From: Heterodontus francisci
Taxonomy: Eukaryota
Assembly: GCF_036365525.1 (NCBI RefSeq)
Contig: NC_090404.1
Coordinates: 28,418,149 to 28,482,148 of the forward strand
Reading direction: 5' to 3'
DNA: 64,000 bases
Part shown: piece by piece, positions 11,775 to 24,710 of the stretch
Layout: each line of letters starts with the position of its first letter
How positions within the stretch are numbered: the stretch's first letter is position 1
Notes under the pieces: generated by a model
What the model saw: the letters and a program-made list of their open reading frames with translations, nothing else
The model's database searches: none
Told to the model about the DNA's origin: nothing
Made by a program: the position numbers and the translations under genes

Positions 11775-13030
11775 GGAAACATACGGCACAGAAGGAGGCT
11801 ATTCGGCCCATTGCACCTGCATTATCTATGTGGTAGAGCTGTGTGATTAATCTTACTCTACAGGTCTTTGCTCATAGCTCTGTAATTTGCTTCCCTCCAA
11901 GTATTTATCCAATTCTCTTATAAATGTTATTATTTAAGTAATTTCTACCACCCTTTCCAGCAGTGCATTCCAGATCACAGCTACTGGCTGTGTAATAAAA
12001 TGTTTCTTCATGTCACCACTAGTTCTTTTAGCAATCACTTTAAATCAGTGCTGTCTGCTTATTGATCATTCTGCCACGAAAAACAATTTCTCCTTATTTA
12101 CTCTGTCAAAAGCATTCATGATTTTGAACAACGCTATCTGACGTCCTGTCGACTTTCTCTCCTCTAAGGTGAATAATCCTAGCTTCTCCAGTATCTCCAC
12201 AAAAACTCAAGCCCACCTTTTCTGTTGCAATTGCAGTAAATCTCATCCCCTCTCCAAGACCTGACATCATGCCTAAAGTGTGCTGGCCAAAACTGAACGC
12301 AGTACTCCAGCTAAAACTTAATCAGCATAAAGTGCTAGCACAATTTCTTTACTTTGTACCATATTCATTAAATAACAGATAAGAAATATAAGCAGGATTA
12401 GATCATTCCACCATTCTGCTCCAGCATTCAGTAAGACCAAGGCTGAAATTCTGCATCAACTCGACCTTTCCATCCTATGTCAGAATCTCCTGACTCCATT
12501 AGCACCCAATAATCTCTCTATCTCAGTGAGCATCCACAGCCACTGTGGGGTAGAGAATTCCAAAGATTCATAACTCTCTGAGTGTTGACAGTTTTTTGTC
12601 ATCGCATTTCTCAATGGCGAACCGTTCTCCTGTATATGCTCTGTTAATAAAACCAACAGGATCAGGAGACTTAACCTTTAATTTATAAAGGTTTAGCATG
12701 GATTCCTTTATCTTGTGCTCTATTCCTCTGTTAATAAAGCCAAGGTTCCATACTTTCTAAGCAGCCATTTTTATTCTGCCACTTTGACAGATTTGTTTAC
12801 ATACACCACTGATTGCCCTGTTATTAACCGCCCTTAAAATTGCACCATTTAATTAATATTGCCTTTCCTCATTCGTCCAACCAAAATATATCATTTAACA
12901 CTTCTCTGCCATAAGTTTCATTTGGAATGCGTCTGCCCATATCGCCGGGATGTCAGTGGCCTCCTGAGGTCATTTACGATCTATCTCATCATCTACTATA
13001 TTTCTGAGTTTCCTAACTTTGCAATTATGT
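11775..13030 (-). mobile_element. Cluster of degenerate CR1 3' fragments
   Basis: Reverse CR1 tails (CACAGAAGGAGGCTATTCGGCCC; GTAGAGAATTCCAAAGATTCA) and decayed ORF2 end. Confidence 0.7.
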
Positions 13031-13271
13031 CCCGTAAATTATGCTGTATCTGCACTCAAGGAAATTTTAAGCCTCCCGTATACCCTGCAGAGATTCTAGC
13101 CACTCTTCAAGCTCAGAAAGCCCTAGTTGGATATCGAACAACTGGAAGCACTTGCTTCCCATTTTGCTATCCAGGGCACATGAAGCGGCCTGGAGTTCCC
13201 AAACAGCACAGGAATTACTGGCAACGAATTACCGTCTTTACGTACAATATCATGGATTACTGGCAAGTCAA

Positions 13272-13611
13272 TTAGATTAGCGACACAGCACTGAAACAGG
13301 CCCTTCGGCCCACCGAGTCCGTGCCGAACATCAACCACTCATTTTTATACTAATCCTACACTCCTACCAAACATCCCCACCTGTCCCTATATTTCCCTAC
13401 CACCTACCTATACTAGTGACAATTTATAATGGCCAATTTACCTATCAACCTGCAAGTCTTTTGGCTTGTGGGAGGAAACCGGAGCACCCGGAGAAATCCC
13501 ACGCAGACACAGGGAGAACTTGCAAACTCCACACAGGCAGTACCTGGAATCGAACCCGGGTCACTGGAGCTGTGAGGCTGCGGTGCTAACCACTGCGCCA
13601 CTGTGCCGCCC
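13272..13611 (-). mobile_element. Full-length HE1-like V-SINE
   Basis: Reverse complement of 1-303 plus A-box GGCACAGTGGCGCAGTGG. Confidence 0.92.
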
Positions 13612-14746
13612 TATTTGATGTTTTCCTGTTGTGTCAACGTTCCTGCTATAAAACCATATCCCTACGTTTATAATGGAAACCTATCTCATTGAAATTACAC
13701 TTAGAGACTGTGAATGGCGCAAGGGTTTTGTGTTTCCCAACTCCTCCGTATTGTACAGAAATGGCTTGGTTCAAATAAACCGTACTTGGTTCAAATAAAC
13801 CTTGTTCCAAACGTATCATCTGCCTTGCTATTTAACCACTAATAATAACAATCATAATAATAACCTGTATTTAGTAAAAAAAAATAAGGAGAGAATGTAT
13901 GACTTTTAATGGGGATTGAATCATGTCTCGATTCTCTGGTCCAACAATCCACCACCCGTGAACTTGTGTTTGGAAGAATTCACTGGCGGGGCCTCGACTC
14001 CACCGTGGAATGTCATTGGTGGCTCACGAGTAATATATTGGGAAAAGTGGGCACTTCCGACAACTGTCACACCGACAACCATAAAATGATCCCAATTACA
14101 CATAACACCCTAGTCAAGGTGGCCCATGTCACGGGACGGCTTCTGGAAACATCATTAAATACAAGTCAGTTACAACAGTCAGGAAGGATTACACACGTGA
14201 TCTTCAAAAGGTATTAAAAGTTATTCATATTTCCACTCTGTGATGATTAAAGATGAAAAAAAAGAAGCTGAACAGTTAGGAATCAGACAATCCAGGCAGC
14301 TAATTGCCACCTTCTCAAGGGCAATTGAGGATGGGCAACTAATGCTGGCCTTGACAGCGACGCCCATATCCCATGAAAGAATAAAAAAGAATCCTTAGTA
14401 TCTGCTCCTGGAATATTAATACATCAATCAGCAACTTGTCATTAAACCATTCCATTGCTTATTGGTTTTAGCTGAAATGTTATTCCATTAATGTGATCTG
14501 GGTAGCACTAATGTACTAAACCTGGGCTGTTAATCTGCCAACAATGACCTCTGGGCTGCACATGATGACGCAGGTTCTTTTGCACCAATGTTTTGCGTTG
14601 ACTGGATGTCGAAATTGAACCACGTGACCAGTACATGATGAAACTGATACCAGTGAAACTGGTCTACCCTCTGCTATTGTCCTCGTAACAATTCCAGGAA
14701 TTCCTGCCACAATACTCTGATCGGATTTGTAGAAGCATTGCTCAAG

Positions 14747-17123
14747 ATGAGAGGGAATTTCAGATGGCTAGTAGTGTTTGTCATTCCAGTCAGCTTTGTG
14801 ACATGTAAGTATTTAAATGTGTTAACTGAGAGCAACAAGTGGGTAAAAATATTTGTTCCGAGATTCACTTTGATTAAGGAGCAGCGAATTGCATATCCAA
14901 ATTTGTGGACAACCTTAAATTAGGAAGGACAGTAAGTAGTGCAGATGTAAGAAAGAAATTGATAAATTAAATGAGTGGGTTAAAATGTGGCAGATTGAGG
15001 TTAACGTGGGCAAGTGTAATAAAAGATATAAGTTTGATATAAGTGTGGAGAAGAGAGAAATAAATTGGCGTATTTTTCAATGGTGGGAAACGAAGAATTG
15101 TAAAGAGATTTAAGAACGCAAGTATTCTTCTTCTTGGCCTCCTTATCTCGAGAGACAATGGATAAGCGCCTGGAGGTAGTCAGTGGTGTGTGGAGCAGCG
15201 CCTGGAGTGGCTATAAAGGCCAATTCTAGAGTGACAGGCCTTGTAAAGAGATTTAAGAATGCAAGTATACAATCATTAAAAGCATGTAGAGAGGCACAAA
15301 ATGCAATCAAAAAGGCAAGTGAAAGGTCGGTCCTTATCTCAACAGGGCTGGAATATCATGGACTGAAAGTTAAACTTCAGTTATGCAAAGCTCTTGTTAT
15401 GGCACATGCAGTACTGCATTCAGTTCTGTGCACCGCACCCCACGAAAGACATATTTGCTTTGAAGCTGTTACAACACAGATTCACCAGAAAAATACCAGC
15501 CGTAGAATATTAAATTATAAGGGCAGCTCATATAAGCTTGTGTTGTATTCCCTTGAGTATAGAATATTAAAAGTTGATCTGATCAAGTTGTGTTTAATGT
15601 TAAATTATTCGATAAGGTAGATATGGAGAAAATATTTCCTCTGATCAGGGAATCAAGGAAGAGCATGCATAATCTTAAAATTAGAGCCAGGCCGTTTCAA
15701 AGGGAAATCAGAAAACATTATTTCACGCAAAGGGCAGTGGAAATCTGAAACTCTCTCTTGCAAAAGTGTGGGTCATTCAGGCTTTAGGTAGAATAACATA
15801 GAATTTAGAGCACTGAAACAGGTTACTCAGCCCAATGGGTCTGATCCACTGTTTATGCTCCCCATAATATTGCTGCCATCCCTCTTCATCTAACCGTTTT
15901 AATAGAACCTTCGATTCATTTCTCCATCATCTGTTAACCAGTTTCCCTCTTAAATGGACCAATGCTCGAACCATCACATCCAACTCCTCATGGTAACGAG
16001 TTCCAAATTCTCACCACACTCTTGGTAGATAGGTTTTCCTGAATTCTCTATTAGATTTATTAGTGACAATCTTACTTTTATGGCCACTCGTTCTAGTCTC
16101 CCCCATAATTGGAAACATCTTCTCTACGTCTATTCTACCAAACCCTTTCGCAATCTTAAAGACCTTTATCCTATCACCCCTCTGTTTTTTTTTAGAAAAA
16201 AGAGGCACAGCCTGTTCAGTCTTCCTGGCAGTTATAACCTCTCAGTTCTGGTGCCATCTTTGTAAAAATAAATACTTCAGTATGGACACCGGAACTGGGC
16301 ACAGAGCTGTAAGTGTAGTCTAACTAAGGTTCAGTACAAGTGTAACATGACTGCTCTGCTATTCAGTTATCTCCTATTAGAAATTAACCTCTGTGCTTCG
16401 CTTGCTTTCTGATGGCCTTGTTAACCTGCATCGCGACTTTTAGTGATTTGTGTATCGGTACCTCAAGGTCCTTTTTTCCATTGTCCCAACTGGACTCTCA
16501 TCTTCCAAGGAGTATGTGGCCTCCTTATTCTTTCGATCAAAATGCATCACCTCACATTTAGCTATATTGAAATTAATTTGCCAATTGCACACCCCTTCTG
16601 CAAGTTTATTAATCTCTTCCTGCATTTTGTTGCTGTCATTTCAAGATGTTAGTTCCTTAAGAACAAGAATCAAGGGACATAGAGCTAAGGAGGTTAAATA
16701 TATTTGGTTGGCAGATCAAATATGACCTATTTCAATGTTGGAGTGGACCCGAGGAGTTGAATGGCACACACCAGCTGGTACATTTCTGAGATACATGCTG
16801 GAACTAAATCGAGTTGTTTGCTTTGCTCCAGTAATAACATTGCGTGTTACAGGTAAAGAGGAAGTTGTACAAACATTACCATCACAGAATCCCAGTGAAT
16901 GGAAAACCATATCGATAAACTGTCACACAACCATTCCTTTCTCTGTGATATACTGGTACGTGCAGTCTGCAAACCAGAGCCCAAAGATGTTGATAATGGC
17001 ATCGGAAAACGGTGAACATAAAGGCCGATTTACAGCCGTCAGTCGAAGTTCAGAGAAGAGTAGCTCCCTGACTATTGCAGCCTTACTTCTGTCAGACACC
17101 GCGATCTACTTCTGTGCAGTACA
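14747..17123 (+). CDS. TRAV: TCR alpha/delta V gene segment, apparently functional (leader exon 14747-14804, about 2-kb intron, V exon 16832-17123)
   Basis: Leader MRGNFRWLVVFVIPVSFVT with GTAAGT donor, phase 1; acceptor TTTGCTCCAG at 16831 (alternative in-frame AG at 16852); V domain ...SINC...IYWYVQ...GRFT...DTAIYFCAV without stops. Leader-V pairing and alpha assignment are inferred. Confidence 0.85.
14890..16640. mobile_element. Two opposed CR1 3' fragments (+ about 14890-15790, - about 15800-16640) inside the V intron
   Basis: Decayed CR1 ORF2 C-terminus motifs on both strands (LYSLEYR..K.DLI; WQINFNIAKCEVMHF). Confidence 0.75.
15126..15240 (-). mobile_element. Very short RTE 3' end
   Basis: Same family as 520-775; 28-bp TSD TTGTAAAGAGATTTAAGAA(C/T)GCAAGTAT at 15098-15125 and 15241-15268. 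Confidence 0.85.
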
Positions 17124-17162
17124 CACAGTATTAAAAGAAGCGACGGGGTCCGTACAAAAACC
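17124..17162 (+). other. 23-bp-spacer recombination signal sequence
   Basis: CACAGTA + 23 bp + perfect nonamer ACAAAAACC. Confidence 0.93.
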
Positions 17163-17289
17163 TATATGTTTGAAAAGAAAAAAAGAATGAAGTAGATTTT
17201 GACTTTGTGGGATAGTCAAAACGGATGCTAGAGATTCGGCAGCCCATTTTACATCTGTCCAGAGGTTAATTTGCATTGATAGCAGAAGG

Positions 17290-19830
17290 AACTAAGATCG
17301 AGGGAGATGTAAAATTCCCTGCTGATTCACTAATAGATAATAGATAGGCTTTTCAATTGGCAGGACGTGACTACTGGCGTCCCGTATGATCTGTACTGCG
17401 GCCTCAGCTTTTCATTGAATTTATAAATGACTTTAACGAAGAAACAGTAAGCCATACTGGGGAGACACCAGAGGATTGGAAAGTGGCAAATTTTATTCAA
17501 GAAAGGGTGTAAGTACAGTCCAAACAATTAAAAGCCAGTTAATTTAACATCAGTGATGAGTAAGGGTTTAGAGACAATAGCAGGGAAAATATCAACGGAC
17601 ACGTAGAGAACTTTGAACTAGTTAAGAAATAACAACAGAAAGTGCTGTAAATACTCAGCAGGTCTGGCAGCACCTTTGGAGAGAAAATCAGAGTTACTGT
17701 TTCAGGTCTGTGAAATTTTATCAGAACTAGCGGAACTCTGCTTCCCTCTCCACAGATGCTGCCAGACCTGCTGAGTATTTCCAGCACTTTCTGTTTTTAT
17801 TTCAGATTTCCAGAATCCGCAGTATTTTTCTTTTATTCGAGTTAATTAAGGATGGCCAGCATGGATTTGTAAAAGGTAGATCGCGTTTCACTAATCTAAT
17901 TGAATCTTTTGAGGAAGTAACAGAGAAGGTTGATGAAGGGATTGGGTTAGATGTTGTTTATATGATTTTAAGAAAGCATTTGATAACGTATCACATAAAA
18001 GGCTGGTTATCAAAATTGGGGCTCACGGAATAGGAGGGACAGTATCCAATTGGATTTTTAAAAACTGGCTTAAGGACAGAAAGAGTCGTAAATGGTTGCT
18101 TTCCAGACTTGAGGACGGTAGACAGTGGCGTTCCTCAAGGGTCAATACTAGGAGCACTTTTGTTTTTTTGCTATGTAAAAATGACTTAGCTCTTAGAATA
18201 CAATGTAGAATCCCAAAATTTGCTGATGGTACCAAACCTGGAGGTGCGGCAAAGAGTGAGGATGATATGAAGTGACTGCTGCAGGACATAGATAGGCTAG
18301 CAGAGTGGGCAGACTGGTGGCAGATGGAATTTAATACTGACAAGTGTGAGGCGATGCATTTTGCCAGAAGGAATAGGGAGAGACAATATATACTTAATTG
18401 CATAGTGCTAAATAGCGAGGAGCCTGGGATAGCATGTGCATAAATCTTTTAAGGTGGCAGAATATATTGGGAGAGTGGTTACTAAAGCATATGGGATCTT
18501 GGGCTTCATAATTAGAGGCATTGAGTAAAAAACAGGACCTTTATAAAGCTCTGGTTAGGCTCCAGCTGGAATATTGTGTCAATTTCTGCTCACCACACTT
18601 TCGAAATGATGTGAGTGTCCTTGAGAGGGTGCAGAGGAGATTTACCAGAATGGCGTCGAGGATGAAGAATTTTAATTACATTGTTAGGTCGGAAACGTTG
18701 GGTTTGTTCTTCTTAGAACAATGGAGATTGGAGGGCGATTTAATAAAGGTATGCAAAATTATGCCAGGCTTAGATAGGTTAGGCAAGGAAAGGTTGTTAT
18801 AATTAACAAATGGTACAAGAACTAGGGGACACTGATTGACAGCTTTGGGCAAAAGATGCAGGAAGCATATGAGGAAGCACTTTTTTTATGCAGCCGGTGG
18901 TAATGGCCTGGAACTCACTGATCCACAAGGGTGGTGGAAGTGGAGACAATCACTGAATTCAAGAGGAAGTTGGATGGCCACCTGAGAGAAATAGACTTGC
19001 AGGGCTACCTGGATCGAGCCAGGGATTAGAACTGACTGCATAGCTCCGTAGGCAGCCAGCATGGACTCGATGGGCCGAATGGCCTCCTCCTGTGCCGTAA
19101 ATGACTCTATCACCCTATATATCCAAGTTGTTGACTAAACTAATTGTGGTCGCCCAGTGAATCTTTTAGATGAGAACAGAACGTTGCAAAGAGATGTTAG
19201 AATAAATGAGTGTGCAAGCTGCAATTTAATTTGGGAAATTGACATTTGCCTCAAGGTGGGGGTGGAATTCATAGGTGTGAAAATTATGTTACTGATCTAT
19301 AAAGTGTCAGTTATCCTCAGTTTGGAGTCCTGTGTTCAGTTCTGGGCACCGCGCATCAAGTGGTCTCAGAGGGGGGCAGCACAGATTCACTAGATTGATA
19401 TTGTGGCCTGATCATGATGAAATTCTGCATAGAATAGGCTTGTATTCCCTTCAGTTTATAAGATTAAAGCGTGATCCAAATGATTTTTAAAAATTGATAC
19501 AAAAATGAGAGAGAAACGATTTCCTCTGGTGGGGGAATCCAGAGCAAGGGGTAGAACGAATTTAGAACGGGGATATTTAGCTGTAATAGCTGGGCGTTCT
19601 TCCTCACACAAAGGGATATGGATATCTGGAATACTATCGGACACATGCTGTCGATGCAAGTCAAATGAAAGTTTCAAAACTGAGACGGAGAGGTTTTTAA
19701 TTAGGGGAGGGAATTAAGGATTAAATAACTGAAGCGAGTAAATTGAATTAAGATGCAAATCAGCCATGATCTAATTGAATTTTGGAAGAGGCTGGAGGGG
19801 CTTAATAGCCTATTTTGGTTCTTATATTCA
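17290..19830 (+). mobile_element. CR1 LINE ORF2 remnants
   Basis: [19 protein letters not shown], tail ending ATGACTCTAT at about 19110; older fragment to about 19830. Confidence 0.8.
17631..17835. mobile_element. Inverted pair of Penelope-like 3' terminal repeats
   Basis: ACTCAGCAGGTCTGGCAGCA and its reverse complement TGCTGCCAGACCTGCTGAGT about 100 bp apart; same sequence ends the GIY-YIG element at about 28510. Confidence 0.7.
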
Positions 19831-20399
19831 TCACTTATTTCCTTTATAGCTCTTGTCTGCACTTTCAGTACACATTCTGAATCACCTCTGTTATGAACCT
19901 ATTATGATTTGTGAATAGGTACTGTGTTACTAATCTTTTAGTTCACGAGACATCAGTAACATGCAGTTCAGTATCTCTAGATGCGACTGCCAAAAGAAGA
20001 TTATCTGCAAAGATTAAACCTCACAGAATTGGAGTTAACCTTGTGAACTGGGCTGGCAATGGCTTGGTGTGATAAGGTGAATGGTGTCCCCTGTGGATCC
20101 GAAGTAGTGTTTTTATCGCATATATGAACAGCTTGGATGAAATGAGTTTCATACCTAAGTTTGGGGATGGCAGGAAATGAAGAACCATCATATGTTGCAT
20201 AAGTGAGAGCGATAACCTGCAAAGTAATAGAGATAGTCTAAGACATATTCAAATCTCTGGCACTGTGGAACTCCACGCGGGGTCGTGTGAAGTCCTCCTC
20301 TTTGGACCTAAGAAAGACAAATCTGAATATTTCTGAATGGTAACTGTAGAGGGAAAAGGGAATTGGATGACCAATTACATAAATGAATCAAAACAAATG

Positions 20400-22700
20400 C
20401 ACATGTTCAAAATGTAATCAGATTTTATTTTTATTCACTTCATGGGATGTGGCCAGCATTTGTTGCCTATCCCTAGTTGCCTTGAGAAAGTGGTGGTGAG
20501 CTCCCTTCTTGAAATCCTGCAGTCCATCTGGGGCGGGTACATCCACAATGATGTTAGGGAGGAAGTTCCAGGATTTTGATAATGGAGGACTTTGGAACTG
20601 TTGATGGAGGACCATAAAGAGAAGCCAATCTTTTGATGGAGGGAGTGTTGCACTGTCTTTCAGATGAGACGTTAAACGGGTGCCTCGTCTGCCCTCTCAG
20701 GTGGATGTAAACAAGAAGAAGCCGGTGAGTTATACTCAGTATCCTGACGAGTAATTACCCCTCCATTACCATCACTATAACAGATTATCTTATCTTTATC
20801 ACCTTGGTGTTTGTGGAAGTTAGCTATACGCAAATTAGCTGCTGTGTTTCCTGCGTTACAACAGTGACTACACTTCAAAAATACTTTATTGGCCGTAAAG
20901 CACTTTGGGACATGTGGTCGTCATGAAAGGCGCTATAGAAAGGCAAATCTTTGTTGTTTGGGGAGTCAAGCAGTGAGCCATTCGTCAGAGCATTCTTACC
21001 CTCTAATCTGCTCCAGTACCCAAGGCTGATCCAGTTGCGTTTCTGATTACTGGTGACCACCAGGATGGTGATAGTGGGAGACTGTGATGGTAATGACGTG
21101 GAATGTCAAAGGGAGGTGGTTAAGTTCTCTCTTGTGTGAGATAGTCATCACCTGGCACATGTCTGGCACGAGTGTTACATGAACCCACGGCTGAATATCA
21201 CCCAGGTCTTGGTGCATGTACGAATGGACTGCTTAAGAATGTCAGTAATTGTGAATGGAGCTGAACACTGTGGCAAGAGGAAACAGATCCAATTCTGATC
21301 TAATGGCGAACATGTGTGTAGATGGTTGGGTGTAGGGCACTGTTTTGAGGAACTCCTGCAATGATGTGCTTAGCTTGAGATAATTGGCCACCACTAACCA
21401 CAACTGTCTTCCTTTGTGCTGGGTATGCCTCCAGACAGTGAAGAGTTTTCCCGCTGATCCCATTGTCTTTTAATTTACTAGGGCTATTTGCTTCAATAAT
21501 GCTTCCTATATTACAACAATTACTACAGTTTGAAAGTACTTAATTGGCTCTAAAGTGCTTTGGGACGTTCTGAATTCGTGAATGGCGCCATATAAATGCA
21601 AACCAATCTTTCTTTCCTTGGTGCCACATTCGGTCGAATGTTCCCTTGATGTGAAAAGTATGCTCTCTCACTTCAGTTCAAGAATTAGCTCTTTTTCTTG
21701 GCTGAACCAAGTCTGTAAAGCTGCCCAGAGCTGAGACGTTCTGGCTGAATGCAAATTGGACATGGTTGTACAGGTTATGATTGACGACACCTTCCATCAC
21801 TTTTATGATCAAGGGGACTAATCTCCTCGAATTGTTATTGGCAGGGTTAAATTTGCCGTGATTTTTACGGACAGTACAACCCCAGGCAATTTTGCACATT
21901 ATCAGACAAGTTTTACTGTTGTTACTCCACCGGAAGAGCTTGGGGCAGTAATTGACAAGGTTTCGATTTTGTGAACAGGATATAAACAAGAACAGCAATG
22001 ACTTGCATTATGAAGTGTCTTTAACGTAACAAAATGTCTCAAAGACCATCACAAGAGCATTATCAAACAAAATTCAACACCAAGCCACATAAGGTAATAT
22101 CAACAACATCAGGACAAATGACTAACAGCTTGGCGCAAGAGATAGGTTTTCAGGGGCAACGTAAACGAGGAGGGAGAGGTAGAGAGACGCAGAGGGGTTT
22201 CAGTAGTGAATTCCTGAGCAAACGGGCTAGGCGCTGAAGGCGCAGCCATGAAAGTTGGAGAGATTAAAATTCAGATGAGCAATAAGCCAGAATTGGAGGA
22301 GCAAAGAGGTCTCAAAAGTATGTCGGCTGGACGAGGTTACAGAGACAGGGAGAGGCGAGGACATAGAGATATGTTGAAAACCAGGATGCGGATTTTATAC
22401 GGAGGTGTTGCTTGACTGGGTGCTAATGTAAGTTAGTGAGCATGCTGGGTGAACAGGACTTGGTGTGTTATAGAATACAGGCAGCAGAGCTTTTGGATGA
22501 CTTCAAGTTTACAGAAGGTGTGAGTTGGGAGGCAGGCCAGGCGTGTGCTGGAATAGTCACAGATGGAGGTAGCAAAGTCTTGGATGAGGGTAGCAGCAGC
22601 AAATGTGCTGAGGCACCAGCGAAGACGGGCAATGTTACTAAGGTGGAAATGGAAGGTGTGGTGATGAAGTGGTGATGTGACCGGGGCTCATGTTGATGTC
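20400..22700. mobile_element. Mixed old LINE fragments (L2 minus at about 22000-22700) and a Deu-SINE (20640-20950, +)
   Basis: Deu core GAGACGTTAAAC...CTCTCAGGTGGATGTAAA; L2 tail homologous to 33010-33630. Confidence 0.6.
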
Positions 22701-22749
22701 AAATTCGACACATAACTCGGTACTTCTCTGCTTTAAAGGATAGGTGCAA

Positions 22750-24710
22750 CAAACAAAATTAGCCATTCATCTGGTTCAGTTACGGGCACAGACCTCAGGA
22801 AGAATATATTGGCCTAGGCGACAGTGCGGCACAGAATCACCAGAATAATACTGGGGCTATAGAGTTTAATTAAGGACACTTTGCACAGACTAGGCTTATA
22901 TTCCCTTTAGAATGGATGAAACGTTTCATTGGATTAAAGGATTTGATAGGCTAGATATAGATAAGCTATTTCCTGTGGAGGGGGAGTCCTGAACAAAGGT
23001 GCACAATCACTGATCTAAAGCTTGCCTGATTAGGGATGATGTCAGGAAACACTTCCTCAAACGAAGTGTAATAGAAATCATGAACTCTCTCCCTCAAAAA
23101 GCTTTTAAGTCTAGGTCAGTTGAAAATTTCTAAACTGAGGTTGATAGTTATTTGTTCGTTAAGGGCATTAAGTGGCATGTAACCAATACCGTTCACAAAG
23201 AGGTAAGCTACGATTCAATTGATTGGCTTTTTCCTGTTCTCATGTTCATTTGTATGTCGTCCCATGTTGTAGCTTCAGCAGGCTGGCACATCATTTTCAT
23301 TTATACATGATGATACCCTCGGAATGCTTTTCTACACATCTCATTGAACCTGGTTTGTATTAGCTGGTAATGGTAGATTTTTTTTTGAAGAGATGACTAA
23401 AATAATGGACAGGGAGATGTCTATGGGTGTTACTTTTATGGACTTCCAGGAGGCACTTGACAAAGTCCCTCATAAGAAACTGTTAGCAAAATTTGAAGTT
23501 CATGGAAATTTATTGACCCAGTAGGAAACTGGCTGAATAGAAGGATACAGAGAGTGTGGATAATGCAAAAGTAATTTAATCGGCAGGATATGACTGGTGG
23601 TGTCCCTCGAGGAACTGTATTGGGGCTTCAACTATTCATTGTGTTCATTAACAACTTAGATGATGGGATAAAGAGCCACATTTCCAAATGTGCTGATGAC
23701 ACAAAGATACGTGGCATTGTAAACACTGTCGATGGAAACATAAAATTACAAAGAGTCACTGATAGATTAACTGAATATGCAAAATTGTGACAAATGGAAG
23801 TCAACCTAGGAAAATCTGAGGTCATCAACCTTGGATCTAAAAAAAGATTAGAACATGGCACTATCTAGATAGTGAAAAGCTAGAAACAGTGGAGATCCAA
23901 AGAGACTTGGGGGTCCAGGTACATAGATCATTAAAATGCTATAAGCATGTATAGCAAATAATCAAAAAAGCTAATGGAATACTGGCCTTTATATCAAGAG
24001 TTCTAAAATACAAAGCAGTAGAAGCTGTGCTTCAGTTCAAGAAAGTAATAGTTAAAGCACACTTGGAATACCATGAGCAGTTCTGGGAACCACATCTCAG
24101 GAAGGATATATTGGCCTTGGAGGGAGTGCAACATAGATTTACCAGAATGATACCTGGAATCTGTGGCTTAAATAAAGTAGAGATTGCACAAACTAGGATT
24201 CTATTCGCTGGAACATAGAAGGTTAAGATATGATTAGAACGTAGTTTTCAAGCTATTAAGAGGAACAGTTAGAGAGAAACTATTTCTGTTGTTTGGCAAG
24301 TTCTAGGGCTAGAACGCAGAGTCTAATAAATTAGAGCCAGATCTTTCAGCAGTGAAATTAGGAAACACGTCTACATGCAAAGAGTATAGATGTGTGGAAC
24401 ATTCTTATGCAAAAGTTAACTGATGCTAAATCATTTGTTAATTTAAAATCTGATTTTGATAGATGTTGTGAACCAAAGGTATTAAGGGATATGAGGCAAA
24501 GTTCAGTATATGTAGTTAGGTCGCAAATTTGCCATGATGTCACTGAGTGGCAGAACAGGCTCGAGGGAGTAAATAGTCGACCCTTGTTCTTATGTTCTTA
24601 ATTGAAAATATCAAAGGTCAGATTAATAACTTGTTAGGCATGGAAATGAAGGTTTTCAGAAACAAAATAAATAGATGGAGCTAGAATACAGATCAACCAC
24701 GATTTAACTG
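22750..24710 (+). mobile_element. CR1 ORF2 remnants
   Basis: GVPRGTVLGLQLF...CADDTK, HLEY..QFW.PH, 3' tail TTCTTATGTTCTTA at about 24600. Confidence 0.8.

Noticed and set aside
13540-13611. tRNA gene
   Set aside because: tRNA-like head of a SINE, continuous with SINE body and tail (same at 41670-41741)
16832-17123. Leaderless NARTCR supporting V-delta
   Set aside because: No extra CDR1 cysteine, and a good leader exon exists at 14747-14804
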